A stretch of 14,654 bases of DNA from Anaerolineales bacterium (lineage in GTDB: Bacteria; Chloroflexota; Anaerolineae; Anaerolineales; UBA6663): contig JAYTFQ010000804.1 in NCBI GenBank assembly GCA_043734225.1, forward strand, positions 1-14,654, given 5' to 3'. Shown here in pieces: positions 8,748 through 14,654 of the stretch. A model generated the notes under the pieces. The model was not told the origin of the DNA. It saw only the letters and a list, made by a program, of their open reading frames with translations, and did no database searches. Position 1 is the stretch's first letter. Each line of letters begins with the position of its first letter. Made by a program: the position numbers and the translations under genes.

Positions 8748-10184
8748 TCAGGCGCCCCCTGGAGCGGGTTCCAGGGGGCGCGTTTTTCTCTGGAGCGGCG
8801 GCAGCCGGACGGTGAAAGTTGTGCCGGCGCCAACTGTGCTTCTGGCGGTGATGGAGCCGCCATGCGCCTGGACCGTTTCGCGCGCGATGGCCAGACCCAG
8901 GCCAGTGCCCGGCGCGGCGCGGGCCGTGTCGCCGCGGTAGAAGCGGTTGAAGATGCGCGGCAAATTTTCGGGCGGCACCCCCCCGCCCGTATCCGCGACC
9001 GTGACCAACACGGCGTCAGCCTCGGCCCGGGCCTGGACGTCAACTGTGCCAGAAGTCGTGTATTTCAGCGCGTTGTCCACCAGGTTCACAAACAGCCGCG
9101 CCAGGGCATCCCGGTCGCCCAGCACCACCAACTCCGGTGGGCCAGCATAGACAAGAGCGAGTCCCTTTTCATCGGCCAGCGGGCGCAGCGAGTCGGTGAC
9201 ATCTTGCAGCAAAGGCGCCAGATCTACGGCCTCGTGCGGCTCGCTGGGCGCGGCTGGGCCGCGAGCCAGCACCAGCAGATCCTCCACCAGGCCGCGCAGG
9301 CGGTCGGTCTCGTCGGCCAGATCGGCCAGCGCTTGTTCGTAGTCTTCCAGAGTGCGGCGCTGGGCGCGGACTACGCCCAGGATAGCCTGCATGGCCGCCA
9401 GCGGCGTGCGCAGCTCGTGGGAGGCGTCAGCGCTGAACTGGCGCTCACGCTGGAACGAGTCGTCCAGACGCGCCAGCATCTCGTCGAACGTGCCGGCCAG
9501 CCGGCCCACTTCGTCGTCCGTGGCCGGCAAGTCCAAACGCGCCGACAGGTCGGCGGCGGAGATGCGTCGAGCCGTCTGGGTCATGCGATCAATGGGCGCC
9601 AGGGCGCGCGCGGCCAGGGCGTATGCGCCGAACCCAGCCACTGCCACGGACAACAGGCCGCCGATGAGCAGCGCCGCCAGCAGGCGATTGAGCGTGTCTT
9701 GCGCTTGCGCCAGGCTTTGCGCCACCTGCACAATCCCGAGCAGCGCGCCATTCTCCACGATTGGGGCAGTGAAGAAACGGGCCGGAGGCAAACCGCCGGA
9801 GGAGGCCAGCGTTTCAAACACCGACTGCTGGCGCTGGGCGGCGGCGACACTATCCGGGCTGACCGACGCCGCCTGGTAAACGCCAAAGGCCTGCAGCACC
9901 TGGCCGGAGGAGCCGAGAATCCGAATCGTGACGCCGCGCGCCGGCAGCCCGGCGGCGCCGGTGCCGCTGATAACGATGCTGTCGGTGAAATTGATCTGGC
10001 CGTTTTCGATGTTGACGGCGCTGATGGCTTGCGAGGCGCTCAACCGCAGCGAGTCGTCGATTGAGGCGGATAGTCCCTGCGCCAGGCTGAGGTAGACGAA
10101 CACGCCGAAAGCCGCCAGCACCAGGAGCAGCAGACCGGAGGTCCACAGGGCGAACCGGACGCGGATGGTCCTAAAGCGTTTCAT
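8748..10184 (-). CDS. Sensor histidine kinase, 478 aa. Domain order is TM1, an extracytoplasmic sensor domain of about 135 aa, TM2, HAMP, HisKA, HATPase_c.
   Basis: TM1 LWTSGLLLLVLAAFGVFVYL, TM2 LLAALLIGGLLSVAVAGFGAYALAA, H-box SHELRTPL, N-box NLVDNALKYT, G1 DTGGGVP, G2 GTGLGLAIARE. There is a 14-nt overlap with the upstream RR gene stop (ATGAAACGCTTTAG). Confidence 0.9.
   Translation of the reverse strand: MKRFRTIRVRFALWTSGLLLLVLAAFGVFVYLSLAQGLSASIDDSLRLSASQAISAVNIENGQINFTDSIVISGTGAAGLPARGVTIRILGSSGQVLQAFGVYQAASVSPDSVAAAQRQQSVFETLASSGGLPPARFFTAPIVENGALLGIVQVAQSLAQAQDTLNRLLAALLIGGLLSVAVAGFGAYALAARALAPIDRMTQTARRISAADLSARLDLPATDDEVGRLAGTFDEMLARLDDSFQRERQFSADASHELRTPLAAMQAILGVVRAQRRTLEDYEQALADLADETDRLRGLVEDLLVLARGPAAPSEPHEAVDLAPLLQDVTDSLRPLADEKGLALVYAGPPELVVLGDRDALARLFVNLVDNALKYTTSGTVDVQARAEADAVLVTVADTGGGVPPENLPRIFNRFYRGDTARAAPGTGLGLAIARETVQAHGGSITARSTVGAGTTFTVRLPPLQRKTRPLEPAPGGA
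8752..8790 (+). terminator. Rho-independent terminator for the PepSY gene. It has an 11-bp GC stem GCGCCCCCTGG / CCAGGGGGCGC, an 8-nt loop, and a T-tract GTTTTTCTCT. It is embedded in the last codons of the convergent HK gene.
   Basis: The perfect inverted repeat at 8752-8762 and 8771-8781 is followed by TTTTTCT at 8783-8789. On the minus strand the same bases encode the HK tail ...KTRPLEPAPGGA*. Confidence 0.6.
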
Positions 10185-10857
10185 CCTCGGCCGACAGGCG
10201 ATAGCCAGCGCCGCGGACCGTGTGGATGAGCTTTAGGTCCGAGAAATCGTCTACCTTACGGCGCAGATTGCGGATGTACACGTCGATGATATTCGATTGA
10301 TTATCGGCGTCGTAGTTCCAGACATGCTCGGCGATAACCACGCGGCTGAGCACCCGCCCCGGCTCACGCAGCAGGCACTCCAGCACGGCGAACTCTTTCA
10401 CGGTCAGCTCAATCATCCGTTCGCCCCGGCGCACCCGGCGCGTGCGCGGGTCCAGGCTCAAGTCAGCCAGCTCCAGCAGCGGCGATTTTGCCCCTTCGGT
10501 TGAACGGCGAGTGAGGGCGCGCACGCGGGCCAACAGCTCCCTCAGGGCGAAGGGCTTGACCAGATAATCGTCGGCGCCGGCATCCAGGCCGGCCACGCGA
10601 TCATCGATGGCGTCGCGCGCGGTGAGCATGAGGACCGGGGTGTGCTGGCCGCGCCGGCGCAGCTCGCGGCACACCGCCAGCCCGCTCAACTCGGGCAGCA
10701 GCACATCAAGCACAATCAGGTCATAGGGCGCGGCCTCGGCAAAATCAAGCGCTTCGGCGCCGTTACCGGCGCTGTCGACAGCATAGCCCTGTTCCTGCAG
10801 GCCGCGCTTGAGATAAGCCGCAATCTTAGGTTCGTCTTCAACCACAAGCAGTCGCAC
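10171..10857 (-). CDS. OmpR/PhoB-family response regulator, 228 aa. The start is corrected to the GTG at 10857 (M-RLLVVEDEP...), which has a perfect GGAGGA SD 5 nt upstream. The ORF-track TTG at 10926 is rejected.
   Basis: Receiver motifs LLVVEDE, DLIVLDVLLP, MLTAR, KPF. The C-terminal winged helix reads ELTVKEFAVLECLL...VYIRNLRRKV...IHTVRGAGYRL. On the minus strand, CTGGAGGATTGGCGTG precedes codon RLL. The resulting length of 228 aa is typical for the family. Confidence 0.85.
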   Translation of the reverse strand: MRLLVVEDEPKIAAYLKRGLQEQGYAVDSAGNGAEALDFAEAAPYDLIVLDVLLPELSGLAVCRELRRRGQHTPVLMLTARDAIDDRVAGLDAGADDYLVKPFALRELLARVRALTRRSTEGAKSPLLELADLSLDPRTRRVRRGERMIELTVKEFAVLECLLREPGRVLSRVVIAEHVWNYDADNQSNIIDVYIRNLRRKVDDFSDLKLIHTVRGAGYRLSAEDETL

Positions 10858-10882
10858 GCCAATCCTCCAGCCGGTCCGCCTG

Positions 10883-10916
10883 AGTATACATGGCCGAGAT
10901 GAAGCTGACATGAAGC
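10883..10916 (-). promoter_or_regulatory. Putative promoter of the RR-HK operon. On the minus strand it has -10 TATACT (10883-10888) and, 10 nt upstream, the Pho-box-like direct repeats GCTTCAT-gtca-GCTTCAT (plus-strand ATGAAGC at 10899-10905 and 10910-10916). These lie where a -35 element would be (the hexamer ATGTCA falls at the 17-nt spacing).
   Basis: The sequence was read directly. The -10 sits about 25 nt upstream of the GTG start, with the SD in between. The repeats have 11-bp periodicity and occupy the -35 position as in PhoB/OmpR-activated promoters (Pho box CTGTCAT-N4-CTGTCAT). Confidence 0.4.
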
Positions 10917-10933
10917 CACAACTCAATTACAAT
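10905..10933 (+). promoter_or_regulatory. Putative sigma70 promoter for psuG: -35 CTGACA (10905-10910), a 17-nt spacer, -10 TACAAT (10928-10933). It lies back-to-back with, and overlaps, the divergent TCS promoter.
   Basis: Both hexamers match consensus at 5 of 6 positions with optimal 17-nt spacing. The predicted TSS is about 10940, giving a 22-nt leader with the AGGAG SD (10953-10957) 5 nt before the GTG start at 10963. Confidence 0.45.
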
Positions 10934-10962
10934 AGGCCAACCTCTGACCATCAGGAGCCGCC

Positions 10963-11889
10963 GTGCCTTACCCCCTGCCCACCCTTAATTCCGAAGTCTA
11001 CGATGCACTGCAAACGCGCCGGCCGATTGTGGCGCTGGAGTCGACCGTGATCACGCACGGGCTGCCATGGCCGCAGAACCTGGAGCTGGCGCGGCGGATG
11101 GAAGCCACCGTCCGCGTGGGCGGCGCGTGCCCGGCGACGATTGCCATCCTCAAGGGCGAAGTAAAAGTGGGCCTGAGCGAGGCCGAGCTGGAATACCTGG
11201 CGCAGGCCAAGGACGTGGTGAAGGTGAGCCGGCGCGACTATCCGGTGGTGCTGGCCCAAAAGCGCGATGGGGCCACGACCGTGGCCGGAACGATGATCGC
11301 GGCGCATTGGGCGGGAATCAAAGTCTTCGCCACCGGCGGCATTGGCGGGGTGCACCGGCGCATGGCTCCGGCTGAGGCGGCCAAGGCCACAGACCTAGAC
11401 ATCTCAGCCGACCTGCCCGAGCTGGCGCGCACGCCGGTGGTGGTGGTGTGCGCCGGGGCCAAGGCCATTTTGGACCTGCCCGGCACACTGGAGTGGTTGG
11501 AGACGCATGGGGTGCCGGTGATTGGCTATGGCACGGACGAGTTCCCAGCTTTTTATTCGCGGGATAGCGGGCTGAAGCTGGAAGCGCGGGCCGACACGCC
11601 CGAGCAAGTCGCCGCAATTGTGCGGTCGATGTCGGCGCTGGACTTTACCGGCGGGGCGCTGGTGTGTGTGCCGGTGCCGGAAGAGGCCGCCAGGCCGCGA
11701 GCGGACATGGAGCGCGCCATTGAGCAGGCGCTGAGGGACGCCGCCCAGGCTGGCATCAGCGGCAAAGCCGTGACCCCCTTCTTGCTCAGCCGCATCGCGG
11801 AGCTGACGCACGGCGAGAGCCTGGCGGCCAACCTAGCGCTGTTGGAGAACAATGCCCGTGTGGCGGCGCAGGTGGCGGGGGCGCTTTGA
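10963..11889 (+). CDS. psuG: Pseudouridine-5'-phosphate glycosidase (PsuG/YeiN; IndA-like family), 308 aa, with a GTG start.
   Basis: Co-linear with E. coli YeiN from memory. Matching blocks are PIVALESTVITHGLPWPQN (catalytic Glu), GACPATIAILKGEVKVGLS, VKVSRRDYP (Lys), GATTVAGTMIAAHWAGIKVFATGGIGGVHRR, DISADLPELAR (metal-binding Asp), VVVVCAGAKAILDL (Lys) and TPFLLSRIAELTHGESL. Confidence 0.9.
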   Translation: MPYPLPTLNSEVYDALQTRRPIVALESTVITHGLPWPQNLELARRMEATVRVGGACPATIAILKGEVKVGLSEAELEYLAQAKDVVKVSRRDYPVVLAQKRDGATTVAGTMIAAHWAGIKVFATGGIGGVHRRMAPAEAAKATDLDISADLPELARTPVVVVCAGAKAILDLPGTLEWLETHGVPVIGYGTDEFPAFYSRDSGLKLEARADTPEQVAAIVRSMSALDFTGGALVCVPVPEEAARPRADMERAIEQALRDAAQAGISGKAVTPFLLSRIAELTHGESLAANLALLENNARVAAQVAGAL

Positions 11890-11946
11890 AGCGCTGCGCA
11901 ACCAGGTCGCACTGCCAACGGTTGAGCGGCTGATTCTGATAATTAG

Positions 11947-12912
11947 GTGAACCGAGGTGCAATCTCTCCAGAGCCGCCGAGCCTGCCCGGCCTGGCATGG
12001 CGGCCGGTCACTCGCAACGATTTGGCGGCGCTGGTCGCGCTGGCGATGGCGTGTCAATCGGCCGACGGCGGGCTCGCCTTTCTGAACAAACCAGACAGCC
12101 TGCTGGAGCGCTTTTTTCCAGACGCGCCGGGCGGCATGATCGGCGCATTCGATGCGGACGAGCGCCTATTGGCCTGCGCCAGCATGCACCTGACTCGCAC
12201 CACGGACACAGAACGCGCGCTGATCGCCGGCCTGGTGCGGCCTGAGCTGCGCCTGCGCGGCCTTGGCGCTTATCTGATGCTGTGGAGCCAGACACAGGCT
12301 CAGGCGCTGTTTACGGCTGGCTCAGCCAACAAGCGGCTGCTGCGGATCACCAGCGAGGGGCTGACCCAGCCAGCCAGGCGTCTGTACCAGGCTCACGGCT
12401 TTGAATCCATTTTTGAAGAGCTCGTGATGCGGCGCGATCTGCGCCACCCTTTGCCAGATAGCCCACTGCCGCCGGACGCGACGATCACGACCTGGCAGAT
12501 AGACGTGGCGGACCAGTTCTTTCAGGCGTATGAGACCGCTTTCCGCGAACGACCGGGCTTCCCGGGATACACCGCCACTCAGTGGATTTCCGATTACAAC
12601 GAAAACGAACACCTGAGACAAGCGTGGTCGCTGTTGGCGCGCGCCGGTGACTTGCCCGCGGGATTTGTAATGGCAAGCGCCGAGCAGCCCGGCGGCTACG
12701 TGGTGCAGGTGGGGGTCGTCCCCGCGCGGCGCCGGCGCGGGCTGGCCTCCGCGCTGATCGTGGAAACGCTGCGGCGGATGCGGGCGGACGGCCAGGGCTC
12801 GGCTGATTTGGCCGTCAACCTCAATAACCCTGGGGCGATCCAGACCTATATTGGGCTGGGCTTTGAGACCATTGGCCGCCGCGCCAAATACGAGCGAGTT
12901 GTCGAGCGTTAG
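11947..12912 (+). CDS. GNAT-family N-acetyltransferase with two tandem GNAT folds (MshD-like architecture), 321 aa. The start is uncertain: GTG at 11947 with no clear SD.
   Basis: An acetyl-CoA motif-A-like segment occurs in each half: N-terminal GLVRPELRLRGLGAYLM and C-terminal VQVGVVPARRRRGLASALI...LGFET. The length of about 320 aa with two domains matches mycothiol synthase-type tandem GNATs. GC3 is high throughout. No in-frame ATG lies upstream of the conserved N-terminal beta-strand WRPVTRNDLAAL. Confidence 0.7.
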   Translation: MNRGAISPEPPSLPGLAWRPVTRNDLAALVALAMACQSADGGLAFLNKPDSLLERFFPDAPGGMIGAFDADERLLACASMHLTRTTDTERALIAGLVRPELRLRGLGAYLMLWSQTQAQALFTAGSANKRLLRITSEGLTQPARRLYQAHGFESIFEELVMRRDLRHPLPDSPLPPDATITTWQIDVADQFFQAYETAFRERPGFPGYTATQWISDYNENEHLRQAWSLLARAGDLPAGFVMASAEQPGGYVVQVGVVPARRRRGLASALIVETLRRMRADGQGSADLAVNLNNPGAIQTYIGLGFETIGRRAKYERVVER

Positions 12913-12927
12913 GGCGCTGGGCGCCCG

Positions 12928-13263
12928 TCACTCGACGAGCGCGGCCAGCATGTTCAGCGATGAGCGCGTGCCGGCTTCGTTGTCTTGCGGGCGGATGCCG
13001 CTGGGGACGTTGTCGTAATAGGTGTCGGTGTCGCCAGAGGTCTTGCCGCGCCCGGCAGCTAGTGGTTGGGGATACCACAGCGAAATGCGGAACTGGCCGC
13101 CCTGGCGTGGGTCGAAGGTGTGAACATAGAGCTGCATCGTGTCCGGCGCCATCCAGGCCGCCAGCGCCTGCGGGTCCAAAAATGCCTGATAGACCATGGC
13201 CCGCGGCGCACGGATGTGTCTGGAAATCTGCGAATGACCCGAAATGTTGGATGGTTCCGTCAT
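12928..13263 (-). CDS. Short SRPBCC / AHSA1-like (Activator of Hsp90 ATPase homolog 1-like) protein, 111 aa. It appears to lack the central beta-sheet segment of the canonical fold of about 140-160 aa.
   Basis: The N-terminus ISRHIRAPRAMVYQAFLDPQALAAWMAPD...FDPRQGGQFRISL matches the family beta1-alpha1-beta2/3 pattern. The C-terminus ...GTRSSLNMLAALVE matches the terminal GW..LD.LAALLE helix. The region between them is about 40-50 aa shorter than usual. The ATG at 13263 lies 10 nt downstream of the MFS stop. Confidence 0.5.
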   Translation of the reverse strand: MTEPSNISGHSQISRHIRAPRAMVYQAFLDPQALAAWMAPDTMQLYVHTFDPRQGGQFRISLWYPQPLAAGRGKTSGDTDTYYDNVPSGIRPQDNEAGTRSSLNMLAALVE

Positions 13264-13273
13264 CAGTTACCAA

Positions 13274-14479
13274 TTACGCATTACTTGTCCGGCGCGCGAC
13301 CACCAGCATCACCACGCCCAGCGCCATCAACACTGCCGCGCCGATAAAAACCGGGCTGACGGAGTCGTGCGTGATGGCGGCGCCAATGGCGGGGCCGACC
13401 ATGCTGCCCAGGTTGACCGGCAAATAGGCGAAGGACATCACCCGGCCGCGGATCTCGGGCGTGGCGGAGGTGGAGAGCGCGGTAAAGGAGATGGCAAAAA
13501 CGCCAGACGTGACACCATTGACCAGGGCGAAGGTGATGCCGAAGGTGGTCAGGTCGCGGGCCAGGGCGGGCAGCGGCCAAAGCAGCACCGCCACGACGGA
13601 GCCGGCAATCAGCACACGCCAGATGCCGAAGCGATCGGCCAGCGCGCCCAGGACCGGGCTGAGCACGAAGGCGATGATGCCGCCGGCCCCCAGCACCAAC
13701 CCCACGGCTGAGCCAGGTTGATTGCCGGTGTAGAGCGCCGTGACGGCCACTGGCACAAAAGTCATGGCCATGATCCAGCCGGCGAAAAGCACAAACAAGG
13801 CCGCGAACAGCGCCCGCAGCCGCGGCGTGTCCCAGATCAGTTGCACCGACTCGGCGGCCATGGCCAGCAGCGGCCCGCGGTTGGTGCCGCGGAATGAGTC
13901 GCGGTAGCCAAACGACAGCACCAGGATCACCCCGAACAGCAGCGCCACATCGATCAGAAGCAGCGCCGGAAAGCCATAGCGGTCCACGATGGGCCCGCCG
14001 GCCAGCGGACCAACGAATACGCCCACCGGCCCGGCCGAGTTCATGATGGCAAAGGCCATGCTCAGCCGGCGCGGGGGCGCCTGCTCGGAGAGCGTGGTCA
14101 TCATCAGGCCGCTGTTGCCCAGTGATAGGGTCATAAAGGCGCGCGCCAGCAGGAAGACCCACACATTGCCGGCCAATACAGCCAGCAACCCCGCCACCAC
14201 GTGGGCGACGAAGGAGCGGACGATGATGGGCTGGCGGGCATAGCGGTCGGCCAGGGCGCCCCAGAAGGGCAGGAAGGGGATGCCGGCCGCGCCGGCGACG
14301 GCGGTGATGATGCCGGTCCAGGCAGTCACCTGCCCGGCCGGCACGCCCAGATGGGGCAGATACAGCGGCGTAAAGGCCGACATCTGTCCCCAAAAGATGG
14401 TCTCCACAAAGCCGGCCAGGGTGAATAGAATCAGCAGCCACACCCAATTTCCGGACAGCCGATGCCACGCGCTGGTCAT
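13274..14479 (-). CDS. MFS transporter (12-TM, DHA1/drug:H+ antiporter-like), about 401 aa. The start is corrected to the ATG at 14479 (MTSAWHRLSGNW...); the ORF-track start at 14545 would overlap the upstream gene by 56 nt.
   Basis: MFS motif A GALADRYARQP sits between TM2 and TM3, with a second copy GALADRFGIWR in the C-terminal half (the two-fold pseudo-symmetry of MFS). There are about 12 hydrophobic helices. The stop is TAA at 13274-13276. Confidence 0.85.
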   Translation of the reverse strand: MTSAWHRLSGNWVWLLILFTLAGFVETIFWGQMSAFTPLYLPHLGVPAGQVTAWTGIITAVAGAAGIPFLPFWGALADRYARQPIIVRSFVAHVVAGLLAVLAGNVWVFLLARAFMTLSLGNSGLMMTTLSEQAPPRRLSMAFAIMNSAGPVGVFVGPLAGGPIVDRYGFPALLLIDVALLFGVILVLSFGYRDSFRGTNRGPLLAMAAESVQLIWDTPRLRALFAALFVLFAGWIMAMTFVPVAVTALYTGNQPGSAVGLVLGAGGIIAFVLSPVLGALADRFGIWRVLIAGSVVAVLLWPLPALARDLTTFGITFALVNGVTSGVFAISFTALSTSATPEIRGRVMSFAYLPVNLGSMVGPAIGAAITHDSVSPVFIGAAVLMALGVVMLVVARRTSNA

Positions 14480-14489
14480 TGGACTGGTT

Positions 14490-14654
14490 TCAGGGCAGCG
14501 GCAGGATCTTGAGCAGGAACTGTTGGATCCAGCCCTGGTCGCCATTGGCCAGGCGCACCTGGCGCCAGATGATGCCCTGGATCATCTGCTGGTTGGTCAG
14601 CACTTCCACCGGGTCGCCGGTCTGCACAAAGGCCACCACCAGCCCATCCGGGGC
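14490..14654 (-). CDS. C-terminal fragment of a protein with a bacterial SH3 (SH3b)-like domain. The gene runs off the window edge and is absent from the supplied ORF track because it has no start inside the window.
   Basis: Minus-strand translation, ending in TGA at 14490-14492, reads APDGLVVAFVQTGDPVEVLTNQQMIQGIIWRQVRLANGDQGWIQQFLLKILPLP*. This has the SH3b hallmark pattern (G-D-x-V-x-V-L ... W-x-x-V ... G-x-x-GW-I ... F-L). GC3 is high (about 50 of 54 codons end in G or C). The gene ends 10 nt before the MFS start. Confidence 0.55.
   Translation of the reverse strand, partial: APDGLVVAFVQTGDPVEVLTNQQMIQGIIWRQVRLANGDQGWIQQFLLKILPLP

Noticed and set aside
10858-10926. ORF-track TTG start at 10926 for the response regulator (MSCGFMSASSRPCILRRTGWRIG...)
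   Set aside because: A perfect GGAGGA SD sits 5 nt before an in-frame GTG that gives the canonical M-RLLVVEDE N-terminus and a family-typical 228 aa. The extension would also bury the promoter-like TATACT and direct repeats inside coding sequence.
12911-12927. Small inverted repeat GGGCGC-tgg-GCGCCC between the convergent GNAT and SRPBCC stops
   Set aside because: A 6-bp stem with a 3-nt loop and no flanking T-tract on either strand is too weak to call a bidirectional terminator.
14480-14545. ORF-track ATG start at 14545 for the MFS transporter
   Set aside because: It would overlap by 56 nt a convincingly coding SH3b-like gene on the same strand. The ATG at 14479 gives a normal MFS N-terminus (about 15 aa before TM1).

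Overview
This is a high-GC bacterial chromosomal segment, roughly two-thirds to 70% G+C by eye. Third-codon positions are strongly GC-biased, and this separates real genes from the many antisense ghost ORFs in the six-frame track. I see no transposase, integrase, CRISPR array, rRNA or tRNA. Gene order, left to right: (1) two translationally coupled membrane proteins, each with an SPFH/band-7 (stomatin/prohibitin/flotillin/HflKC-type) domain, probably expressed from a leaderless promoter. (2) A convergent minus-strand operon: lipoprotein, two different ABC ATP-binding subunits, and a 927-aa fused permease with two FtsX modules and two large extracytoplasmic domains (YbbP/MacB-like). (3) A secreted PepSY-domain protein whose promoter region carries a perfect 10-bp tandem direct repeat. 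(4) A convergent histidine kinase / OmpR-family response regulator operon, whose promoter region carries Pho-box-like 7-bp direct repeats. (5) Pseudouridine-5'-phosphate glycosidase (PsuG) followed by a tandem-GNAT (MshD-like) acetyltransferase. (6) A minus-strand operon of an SH3b-domain protein (partial, at the window edge and missing from the ORF track), an MFS transporter and an unusually short SRPBCC/AHSA1-like protein. Several ORF-track starts are over-extended because the tool allows TTG/GTG starts; corrected starts are given. I think the most interesting items are the paired SPFH proteins and the apparent regulatory module linking the two-component system, the PepSY protein and the atypical two-NBD ABC transporter. 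All functional assignments rest on motif recognition by eye; no database search was possible.
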